Notes under the pieces: model-generated | Database searches by the model: none | Told to the model about the DNA's origin: nothing | The model's input: only the letters and a program-made list of their open reading frames with translations | Program-made: the position numbers and the translations under genes | Shown here: positions 18,472 to 25,265 of the stretch, piece after piece | How positions within the stretch are numbered: position 1 is the first letter of the stretch | Layout: every line of letters starts with the position of its first letter | DNA from: a virus | Lineage: Duplodnaviria; Heunggongvirae; Uroviricota; Caudoviricetes | Strand: one strand, 5' to 3' | Length of the DNA: 25,265 nucleotides | Virus record (IMG/VR): IMGVR_UViG_3300015157_000044

Positions 18472-18669
18472 TTATCCTTTTAAAGCGAGCTGAATTGCAT
18501 CGGCCAGCTTTCCAATGCGCTCAGTTGCCTGATCTAAATCGCTATGCATTACTCCATTACCTGAGCTTGCTGATGCCTTAGCTATCTCAAGTGCAGCCTG
18601 AACTGCAAGTAAACGCTGTGTTTTTTCATCTGTACTAGCCATACCATTTTTAAAATAGTTCTCTAACAT
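18472..18669 (-). CDS. Small hypothetical protein downstream of the spanin genes
   Basis: ORF 18472..18708 in the track; likely start is ATG 18669 (AAGGGA Shine-Dalgarno), giving 65 aa (MLENYFKNGMASTDEKTQRLLAVQAALEIAKASASSG...). Followed directly by the terminator. Confidence 0.45.
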   Translation of the reverse strand: MLENYFKNGMASTDEKTQRLLAVQAALEIAKASASSGNGVMHSDLDQATERIGKLADAIQLALKG

Positions 18670-18760
18670 AATAATTCCCTTTCTTACCCTGCCGATATAG
18701 CAGGTCACGAAAAGTTAATGGGGATTATATTGCAGTTTTCAAGGTTATTTTCACAGCCCC

Positions 18761-19312
18761 TCAGGGAGAGGGGCTTCTGTGATACTGTTGCCGTTCCCGT
18801 TCTATCTGGCGTATTCCTGCGAGCTGATTATTCGCCCTGTCAATAGCTGTCAGTAGAGGTTCAATCCACAGCACGGCCTGGCAGTATGTCAACGCGCCGG
18901 TGGTAAAGGAGTCATTATCGGCTGAGTAAGGGTGCCCGGGATCGGAATGTATGGCGCCGGAACGTAAACTGTTCGCATATTCGAGCACCCCGTTAGCGAT
19001 ATCAGCAGGAACAGGAAAATCGCAATTTTTTTCACGATGGAGAATCTCCCTGTATTTAATAACCGTTTTTTCACCACTGTCACTAAGTAATGAGTTCAGA
19101 CTTCCAGTATATTCTGCTACCTGATTAAAGCGGCTAAAGTTGAATGCCTGTTCAGCTATCACTTTCCCTTGATATTCTGCTTCACCTACGGCTTTATCCG
19201 CACGTAACTTTTCTATCTGATATTTACTGTAGTAATGGTTTGCTGACCAGACGAGTCCACCAAAGATAGAAATGAAGAATGCAGCGATAACCAGCTTATA
19301 ACTCAACTTCAT
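18761..19312 (-). CDS. Rz: i-spanin (Rz-like)
   Basis: 183 aa ORF with an N-terminal transmembrane segment (LVIAAFFISIFGGLVWSANHY, cf. lambda Rz ...WAVNHY) directly after the endolysin gene with a 17-nt overlap. Confidence 0.7.
   Translation of the reverse strand: MKLSYKLVIAAFFISIFGGLVWSANHYYSKYQIEKLRADKAVGEAEYQGKVIAEQAFNFSRFNQVAEYTGSLNSLLSDSGEKTVIKYREILHREKNCDFPVPADIANGVLEYANSLRSGAIHSDPGHPYSADNDSFTTGALTYCQAVLWIEPLLTAIDRANNQLAGIRQIERERQQYHRSPSP
18889..19083 (-). CDS. Rz1: o-spanin (Rz1-like lipoprotein) embedded in Rz in an alternative frame
   Basis: ORF entirely inside Rz in another frame; lipobox LTGC after a hydrophobic stretch (KKIAIFLFLLISLTGC) and a proline-rich mature region (VPAPYIPIPGTLTQPIMTPLPPAR). 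The true start is uncertain. Confidence 0.6.
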   Translation of the reverse strand: MTVVKKRLLNTGRFSIVKKIAIFLFLLISLTGCSNMRTVYVPAPYIPIPGTLTQPIMTPLPPAR

Positions 19313-19772
19313 TTACCACCCCGCCAGCCTCTTTAAATCGGGCAATCAGGTCACCGATTTTATGTTCATACTGACCGTAACCTGCACCGGGTAATGACGC
19401 CCAGATATTGCTGCAACGAGCGATAGCCTGACGAATATCGCCGCAATCAATCATCGGTAAAGCACCACGCTCTTTAATCTGCTGCAGCGCTACAGCGTCC
19501 TGGCTTTCTGGAGAAAAATCTTTCAGGCCAAGCTGTTTACGGTAAGTATCCCACCAGCGTGAAAGAAGCTGGTAACGTCCAGCGGCTGTTGATTTGAGTT
19601 TGAGGTTTAGCATGACAAGTTTGCGAGGGTGATCGGAGTAATCAGCGAACAGTTCGCCACCAACAATAACGTCATAACCGTGGTTACGTGTCGGTTGTCG
19701 CCCGTTATCCGTTCCTTCTGACCATGCCACCATATCAAGGAAAGCTTTACGCTGGGAATTTAGAGCCTGCAT
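19296..19772 (-). CDS. R: Endolysin, lambda R-like lytic transglycosylase
   Basis: 158 aa; from memory the sequence (QRKAFLDMVAWSEGTDNGRQPTRNHGYDVIVGGELFADYSDHPRKLV...) is nearly collinear with phage lambda R. Sits between the holin and Rz. Confidence 0.9.
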   Translation of the reverse strand: MQALNSQRKAFLDMVAWSEGTDNGRQPTRNHGYDVIVGGELFADYSDHPRKLVMLNLKLKSTAAGRYQLLSRWWDTYRKQLGLKDFSPESQDAVALQQIKERGALPMIDCGDIRQAIARCSNIWASLPGAGYGQYEHKIGDLIARFKEAGGVVNEVEL

Positions 19773-19775
19773 AAA

Positions 19776-20111
19776 TTACTCCTTCGAGCTACCAAATTTA
19801 TTACCGATTACTCGCATTGCAGCCCCACGAATAGCATCGACACCGATCAGCCCCACGCCACCACCAATGGCAACAGAAAGCGATTTAGGCCATCCGACAT
19901 ACTCAAGCGCGGATGCAAAAGTCAGCGTCAGAGCACCACAGAGCAAAATCTCGAGCGTTTTTCGCTTCCAGCCACCACCACCACCAAAATAAGCAATACG
20001 CAAACCAGCCATAACGATCGACATAATCACTGCGCCAAGAGGCGTATCTCCACGCCACCAGCTCTGGAAAATCTCCAGCCAATCCGGCCATGTGTTTGGA
20101 TTATGGGGCAT
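19776..20111 (-). CDS. Putative holin
   Basis: 111 aa ORF with hydrophobic segments, ending 4 nt upstream of the endolysin gene; GAGGTGA Shine-Dalgarno upstream. Confidence 0.65.
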   Translation of the reverse strand: MPHNPNTWPDWLEIFQSWWRGDTPLGAVIMSIVMAGLRIAYFGGGGGWKRKTLEILLCGALTLTFASALEYVGWPKSLSVAIGGGVGLIGVDAIRGAAMRVIGNKFGSSKE

Positions 20112-20192
20112 GAATATCGTCTCTCACCTCGTAAGTTATGCAGGCGACATATAAAAAGTTAAATAAAATAGTTGAATCAGATTGAGACATGG

Positions 20193-20222
20193 AAAAGGCT
20201 CGCCTGTGCGAGCCTTTTATTT
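20193..20222. terminator. Hairpin terminator between the two-gene insert and the holin
   Basis: Stem GGCTCGC / GCGAGCC (20197-20203 / 20208-20214) with loop CTGT, flanked by AAAA on one side and TTTTATTT on the other. The U-tract is stronger for plus-strand transcripts (TTTTATTT) than minus-strand transcripts (TTTTCC). Confidence 0.5.
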
Positions 20223-20291
20223 AGGTAGAGTGTTATAATAAAATCAAATTTACATTATCTTCTTCCAAAAAGAAGATAATCATCATATCCT

Positions 20292-21581
20292 TCAGAGCTC
20301 CTGATAAGCAGGTTGCAATTTTTCACACCACTGCCTTAAAGTAGAAGCCCTTCTCTTTATTGTTTTGGAGCTGAGAGATATACATCTATCTTGCAAAAAT
20401 CGTTCAGCTGTAAGTGGATCGAGCTCAGAAAGATTTTTAGCCTGACTCCAGGTAATCCACGCCCACCCGCAATGACTTGTTTCAAAACCGCGTGCAGCGA
20501 TTCTTAGTCTCTTATCATAGTCAGATTCAACCAATTGCTGACCAAGAGCTGAAACAGAACCATTACTATTTAGTAACCCAAGTATTTTGGCCGCATGAAT
20601 ATAATACAATATATGTCGATTATCCAGACCAGTACTAATCAGGTTCAGATGCTTCTCTTGCCATTTTAATTCAACTATCTTAAACACTTGTTCAATTAGG
20701 TTAGCCTGCGGTACCTGATAACTACTAACAACTTGAGTAGCCATTTTAATCAATGTGCCAGAATAGAACTCAGCATCAGTTTTTCTGACTCTAAGAATAA
20801 TATCATCAGTCACATTACTTTTTAGTTCAAAACATGAACTTGTCTCTATCACACTTTCAAATAAAGCAGATAACATCTGAACATCGATATTATTCTGTTT
20901 AACAAAACCAATAATATCTTTTCTTGATAGAATCAGCTCATTTAGTTTTTTCAGCAATGGTTCAATTTGCTGCATTTTATCTGCCTTGAATGAAAGAACA
21001 AATGAACCAGGACGTCCAGATACTGGACTCATTACATCTTTTTCATCAAATGCAGCTAATATTGATGAATAGAAATCATTAAAACACTCAAAAAGCTTCG
21101 AGACGCCTTTTAAAACCAAGGGTTCCACAGAAGTTGCTGTTTTCTCCACATGAATCTCATGCGTAGAGAATTCTACCTCCTTTCCAATTTTACCATTAGG
21201 TAATACAGGAAGAACACTACTAATATATAAGTTAGGTTCTGGAATTTTTATCTTCTCATTTAACTCAGAAACATTTATTTTTATTTCATCAACATGATTA
21301 TCTTCATAGTAAATATTAAACTGATAGCAAAGCTTTTGTTCTTGATACACTAAAACACTTCTAATATCAATTCTTTTACGCTCGAAGTGCTCCAACCTAT
21401 CTTTTGAAATCGGTATGATAATCCATTTATCATAATCTTCTTCGTCGCCAATCCAATAGACAACAAACATGCTATTTATTTCATTAGACACAGAGAAAAG
21501 TTTTGGCTCTTCGAAGAACTCATAAATTTTTTGCATATATAATGTGCCGAACACACTATCTTCCAAAAAAATATTGCTCAT
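20292..21581 (-). CDS. Hypothetical protein, 429 aa (distal gene of the AT-rich two-gene insert; function unknown)
   Basis: Long AT-rich ORF with a GAGAGGTGG Shine-Dalgarno; its ATG overlaps the stop of the upstream gene (ATGA). No Walker A, HNH, or other motif recognised by eye. Confidence 0.75.
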   Translation of the reverse strand: MSNIFLEDSVFGTLYMQKIYEFFEEPKLFSVSNEINSMFVVYWIGDEEDYDKWIIIPISKDRLEHFERKRIDIRSVLVYQEQKLCYQFNIYYEDNHVDEIKINVSELNEKIKIPEPNLYISSVLPVLPNGKIGKEVEFSTHEIHVEKTATSVEPLVLKGVSKLFECFNDFYSSILAAFDEKDVMSPVSGRPGSFVLSFKADKMQQIEPLLKKLNELILSRKDIIGFVKQNNIDVQMLSALFESVIETSSCFELKSNVTDDIILRVRKTDAEFYSGTLIKMATQVVSSYQVPQANLIEQVFKIVELKWQEKHLNLISTGLDNRHILYYIHAAKILGLLNSNGSVSALGQQLVESDYDKRLRIAARGFETSHCGWAWITWSQAKNLSELDPLTAERFLQDRCISLSSKTIKRRASTLRQWCEKLQPAYQEL

Positions 21582-22018
21582 CTAACCACCTCTCTTATAC
21601 AGGTGAATTTTTCATGAACTCGAGCATCTTTACAAAGCCAAATGGTAAAATGAGTCGAATCAGGAGCTCCTGTTTTTAGCATTCTTCCATCCTGTGGATT
21701 CAACTCGCCTTTAGCAATAAACCTTTCACCTATTCCTTCAGGAAATTTATTAAATACATTTACCAGTGATGTTTCGTCCATGAACATAGAAACACCATAG
21801 CAGCATTTCAATTTTAACCCTTGGAACTTTTTCATTCTTTTTGGGTTTTCTTCTTTCATGTTTAAAAAACAAGCTTTCCCAGGTGGATTATTTCTGGCTA
21901 AGCGATAAAAAACCCCTTCAGCATCCAAGGACTCTTTTGGAGGAACATCTGCAGGAAAATAATCGGGAAAAATCTGTTGGGCAGAGTCTTCAAGAACCTG
22001 CTGTGCATTTTTAGTCAT
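21578..22018 (-). CDS. Hypothetical protein, ~146 aa (proximal gene of the AT-rich two-gene insert; function unknown)
   Basis: ORF 21578..22045 in the track begins at a TTG; the first ATG is 22018 (MTKNAQQVLEDSAQQIFPDYF...). Translationally coupled to the 429 aa gene. No recognisable motif. Confidence 0.65.
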   Translation of the reverse strand: MTKNAQQVLEDSAQQIFPDYFPADVPPKESLDAEGVFYRLARNNPPGKACFLNMKEENPKRMKKFQGLKLKCCYGVSMFMDETSLVNVFNKFPEGIGERFIAKGELNPQDGRMLKTGAPDSTHFTIWLCKDARVHEKFTCIREVVR

Positions 22019-22045
22019 ACAATACGCTACCCAAGTAATTAACAA

Positions 22046-22616
22046 AAATCTGCCAATTTATTGGATATACACGTCCCAAATCCCTTGGCATCGTATTGAA
22101 TATAACAACAAGCACATTAATCACATATGCAATAAAGGCATAAAAAACACAACATATATAGCAAAAAGAAATCAACAACAATATACGGGATGATGAGGTT
22201 TTTTTTATCTATATATAGTGGCTGGGCAAAAGAATTGTTATAAAGTTGGCGTCCCTTGCTCCCATGTAATCATATGAAACACAGGATATAATTCCTGAAG
22301 GTAATCACATACTTCCCTAGATACATAGATGAGAGACTAAAATAAAACCTACCGCCAAGAACTATGCTTTTTTCAACCAATCGTACTCTCTGCCCTGTCT
22401 AAAAGGCGGCCATTCAAAGCAAGTACTTATTCTTTTATGTTTATCAAGAAGCTACTAAGACTATTCAGAACTGATATTTGGATAACAAAATACCTACTTG
22501 ATGGCGGGTTCTTGAAGATTCTCAACGGCAGACATACAAAGCCCATCGTTGAGAAAATCTTATCCATATTTTTTGAAAAATGCAAGCATCATGTCGCCAT
22601 CTTCGGCGAAAATCAC
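22046..22616 (-). promoter_or_regulatory. AT-rich non-coding region between the Q-like gene and the insert; expected site of the late promoter and Q-utilisation elements
   Basis: 570 bp without a credible minus-strand ORF. Candidate sigma70-like promoter on the minus strand, TTGCAT (22580-22585), 17-nt spacer, TAAGAT (22557-22562), followed by inverted repeat TCTCAACG / CGTTGAGA (22547-22554 / 22520-22527). Assignment is positional and weak. Confidence 0.3.
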
Positions 22617-23369
22617 TTATCTCGTCACCTTTCTCAATTGTGCTTCAGCGTAAGATTCCTCCTGCCAGCACTTTGTAACCAGTTTATCAATGACATTTGC
22701 ATATCCTTTGTACCACTGATAATCAGTCAGGTCCGGTACCAGCTTCTGGACATGATGCCGCGCCAGTGTGGTTGGTAAACGACTAAACCGTTTTCCATTG
22801 CAACGCCCACAAATCTTATAAACAGGTGTGCCATGAAGCCGGGTCCTTTTTTCATCCAGGACAATACCTTTACCCTTACACCCTCTGCACGCTGTGCTGA
22901 CTTCTCCCTTACCATGACAATGCTGACATAGTTCCTTCACCCACTCTTCCTTGATAACAGATTCCCCGCTTCTGGAGTGTTTCACCACTTCGCGCAATAC
23001 ATTATGAAATCCAGTACCAGCACAATGCTCACAGCGAGCCTTACTTGCCGCAGACCTGGAATAATCAGCAAAGGCAAAATTCACAAGGTAAGGGATGATC
23101 TGTAACCGGGTTTCTTCACTCAATTTGTTCAATGTCGGGTTATCCAGTGCCATCGCGTAATTGAGCAGACCTTCAATCGCAAATTGAGGATCCTGAACAC
23201 CAACTTTTGCCAGGAATAAGGCAAACCCAAGCGGTGCTTTCGACTGCACCATCCCCTGCGCAGCCATCACATCCGTAATCGTTAAACCACCTGAGCCTGT
23301 CGCCGGTGCGTCATCGCTCAATTTTGGAGATTTTGGGGAGTAATATTTTGGTAAGGCTTCAAGGTTCAT
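22617..23369 (-). CDS. Putative late antiterminator Q-like protein with four CxxCxGxG zinc-finger repeats
   Basis: ORF 22617..23411 in the track; likely start is ATG 23369 (GGAGAA Shine-Dalgarno), giving 250 aa. Contains CEHCAGTG, CQHCHGKG, CRGCKGKG and CGRCNGKR. It is the last early-region gene before the late/lysis region. Confidence 0.5.
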   Translation of the reverse strand: MNLEALPKYYSPKSPKLSDDAPATGSGGLTITDVMAAQGMVQSKAPLGFALFLAKVGVQDPQFAIEGLLNYAMALDNPTLNKLSEETRLQIIPYLVNFAFADYSRSAASKARCEHCAGTGFHNVLREVVKHSRSGESVIKEEWVKELCQHCHGKGEVSTACRGCKGKGIVLDEKRTRLHGTPVYKICGRCNGKRFSRLPTTLARHHVQKLVPDLTDYQWYKGYANVIDKLVTKCWQEESYAEAQLRKVTR

Positions 23370-23382
23370 GCTCGTTCTCCAC

Positions 23383-24378
23383 TTACGCCAGTACGCCAAT
23401 TGCCAGCGCACGATCGATAAAACGAAATATCAGCTCCAGTTGGGAGCCATACATCTCTTCAAATGCCACGGTATCCGCATGCAGTTCGTCGTGATGCTTT
23501 CTGCACAAAGGCAACACAAAGAGGTCATGCGCTTTTGTACCCATTCCCCCCTGACCGTGGCCTATCAGGTGGTGGGGATCATCAGCAGGCTTTCCACAAC
23601 ATGCACACGGCTGTGTCTTAACCCAGCGCGTGTACTTTTCATTAACCCAGCGGCGACGTTTTGGGCGTAACATAAAAGACTCCGGCGACTCCGGATCCAC
23701 TTTCAGCGCCAGCACCTTTTTCGCCTTATCCTGGATGATGCTGGTGGCAGGAACCGAAGGCACAAGGTCACTTTCCCGGGTGACAGACGGCACAACAGGC
23801 TTCGGTAATCTCAGTGCCTTACGGGCTGCACTTTCCGGTAAGGCATCCGCCAGGTCATTACGAATCAGCCACCAGCACAGTTCCGGAATTGTCACAACGT
23901 GACTATCATCAAAACCGAGATCACGGCGCACAACAGATAACACCCAGCGGGCACAGTTATCCGTTGCCATTGATTCCAGCCGTTCCGTGAACTGATCGCG
24001 CAGCTGGTTATCGCAGTGCCAGCACAGACGAATTGCTCCCGGAGCGTGCCACATTGTGGTCATGTTCTCGCTGTGCCAGTCGGAATGAAGCCACTGGCAG
24101 CCTTTTTCACGAAGTAACCAACTTTCAAGACATTCCACGCCACCAGCACGACGGATCACTGCCTCATTGCGGAACACGGCCCGAACGGCAGGATCATCCG
24201 CCAGCGGTTGTGATGCCGCCGGAACGGCACCACTGGCGAAAGATGAATAACGTTCCGGCTCAGGCTCCAGCAGGACACGCCCCTGCATAAACAGGGGCAT
24301 CAGCTCTGAACCTGGTCTGAACAATACGATCCCCATACGCGGGGCAATTTCAGGGGTCAGTAGTGCTCTCACGGTCAC
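23383..24378 (-). CDS. DUF968-like prophage protein (YdfU-like) with C-terminal HNH-like Cys/His motif
   Basis: 331 aa ORF; C-terminus has CACCGKPADDPHHLIGHGQGG ... CRKHHDELH. Start codon appears to be GTG at 24378, adjacent to the stop of the KilA-N gene. Confidence 0.5.
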   Translation of the reverse strand: MTVRALLTPEIAPRMGIVLFRPGSELMPLFMQGRVLLEPEPERYSSFASGAVPAASQPLADDPAVRAVFRNEAVIRRAGGVECLESWLLREKGCQWLHSDWHSENMTTMWHAPGAIRLCWHCDNQLRDQFTERLESMATDNCARWVLSVVRRDLGFDDSHVVTIPELCWWLIRNDLADALPESAARKALRLPKPVVPSVTRESDLVPSVPATSIIQDKAKKVLALKVDPESPESFMLRPKRRRWVNEKYTRWVKTQPCACCGKPADDPHHLIGHGQGGMGTKAHDLFVLPLCRKHHDELHADTVAFEEMYGSQLELIFRFIDRALAIGVLA

Positions 24379-24379
24379 C

Positions 24380-25177
24380 TCAATGAACGGTATCGAGCAG
24401 CTTTAACAGCTCAGGGAATCGGGATTCGAAGAAATGCGGCTGCGTCTCGCGCGGATTTGCGGGACTGGTGATGTTCTTGCCGAACATGCAGCCTTTCGCT
24501 GTCAGCGACCAGAATTTTTTGATGTTGTTAATCGCGGTACGGCTGTATCGTTCGCGCTGCTCGACGATCCCCAGCTTCACCATCTGGTGATATGCCTGAT
24601 TAGCTGTCAGGCGGATACCATACTGCTTCAGCAGTGCACTCAGTGACAGCGTGGGGCGGCTTGAGCCATCAGGCGCGTCAGCAGGAGCATCAATGGCATA
24701 GCGCGGTGCCAGATTCGGTAAGCCAACAGCCTCCTGGAGTTTCTGACAGGCACCAAGCACTGAAGAGTTAGACAGGTTTAATTCCCGGCGCATAAAGTCC
24801 AGCAGAATCACACCAGCCTGCATCTTGTCAGCAGCCTGTCCGGATAATTTTTCCGGTACGCTGGTTACCATGTCGAAAGTACGGATCACCTTCAGATGGA
24901 ATGACGGGCTGATCCACATTGCATAGGCATACACCAGTTCTTTGCAGACATACGTCCCCTGGTTATTTCCGCCACGAATAACGTTAACTGACTCTATATT
25001 GACCGAGTTGCAAATCTGCAACTCGCTTATTAAACGTTCAGTTTGCTCATTGCGGAGCCAGAATGCAGGCTTATGCTTATCCAGAGAACCAGCAGCCCTG
25101 TGCAGATCGTTCAGGCTGTAACGCCCATAAGCATCACGACGAACTTCAATACCATCAATGACCATCAGATTATTCAT
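24380..25177 (-). CDS. KilA-N domain protein (antirepressor-like)
   Basis: 265 aa ORF with AGGAG Shine-Dalgarno upstream; N-terminal ~100 aa (MNNLMVIDGIEVRRDAYGRYSLNDLHRAAGSLDKHKPAFWLRNEQTERLISEL) is typical of KilA-N/APSES-type domains in prophage early regions. Confidence 0.65.
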   Translation of the reverse strand: MNNLMVIDGIEVRRDAYGRYSLNDLHRAAGSLDKHKPAFWLRNEQTERLISELQICNSVNIESVNVIRGGNNQGTYVCKELVYAYAMWISPSFHLKVIRTFDMVTSVPEKLSGQAADKMQAGVILLDFMRRELNLSNSSVLGACQKLQEAVGLPNLAPRYAIDAPADAPDGSSRPTLSLSALLKQYGIRLTANQAYHQMVKLGIVEQRERYSRTAINNIKKFWSLTAKGCMFGKNITSPANPRETQPHFFESRFPELLKLLDTVH

Positions 25178-25199
25178 ACTTCGTTTCTCCTCTTAATCA

Positions 25200-25265
25200 G
25201 GCGGCTGCACCCGCCGTTTTCTCGTACTTACTGATAGTGATCTCGACCTTCCCTTCCGGGATAAC
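25200..25265 (-). CDS. 3' end of an upstream gene (partial, unknown product)
   Basis: Open frame on the minus strand (...VIPEGKVEITISKYEKTAGAAA) ending at TGA (plus 25197-25199), just before the KilA-N ribosome-binding site. Confidence 0.35.

Noticed and set aside
19903-20091. Alternative-frame same-strand ORFs nested inside the holin (19903..20091) and other genes (616..810, 6256..6438, 9194..9385, 9488..9688, 11528..11713, 12797..13057, 16491..16673, 16926..17126, 22727..22915)
   Set aside because: They are fully embedded in longer genes with better coding context. Only the Rz1-like ORF inside Rz has specific features (lipobox, proline-rich tail) that justify calling an embedded gene.
20292-22045. 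Shiga toxin or another known toxin as the cargo between the Q-like gene and the holin
   Set aside because: The position matches the Stx locus of Stx phages, but the two proteins do not have the Stx layout (a ~315 aa A subunit followed by an ~89 aa B subunit, each with a signal peptide) and neither has a signal peptide.
20112-22616. Insertion sequence or transposon as the origin of the AT-rich insert
   Set aside because: No transposase-like ORF, terminal inverted repeats or flanking direct repeats were visible by eye.
22437-22778. Plus-strand 113 aa ORF in the AT-rich intergenic region
   Set aside because: Its 3' half runs antisense through the C-terminus of the Q-like gene, and AT-rich DNA gives long open frames by chance. 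No supporting ribosome-binding site was seen.
1-25265. tRNA genes, rRNA, CRISPR arrays, integrase and att sites
   Set aside because: No direct-repeat/spacer arrays, no cloverleaf-like GC-rich 70-90 nt segments in intergenic regions, and no integrase-like ORF were found; the window appears to lie wholly inside the prophage.

Overview
The window is an internal segment of a temperate, lambdoid-organised prophage of an enterobacterial host, with every credible gene on the minus strand. Reading in the direction of transcription (high to low coordinate): the 3' end of an unknown gene, a KilA-N protein, a DUF968-like protein, a Q-like late antiterminator candidate, an AT-rich ~2.5 kb insert carrying two translationally coupled genes of unknown function (20292..22018), the lysis cassette (holin, lambda R-like endolysin, Rz with embedded Rz1), a small unknown gene plus intrinsic terminator, an HNH endonuclease, a candidate cos region, terminase small and large subunits, an HK97-type head module (portal, prohead protease, major capsid, head-tail connectors), a Mu-like contractile tail module (sheath, tube, frameshifted chaperone, tape measure, DNA circulation protein, baseplate proteins) and the 5' end of a tail fibre gene. 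A second AT-rich single-gene insert encoding a secreted protein interrupts the tail module (5522..6016). The two-gene insert between the Q-like gene and the holin is the best candidate for an undescribed system: it sits in the position Shiga toxin genes occupy in Stx phages, has its own terminator hairpins, and shows no catalytic motif I can recognise. All family assignments are from reading the translated ORFs and from recall; no database search or exact composition calculation was possible. No tRNA, rRNA, CRISPR array, integrase or att site was seen.
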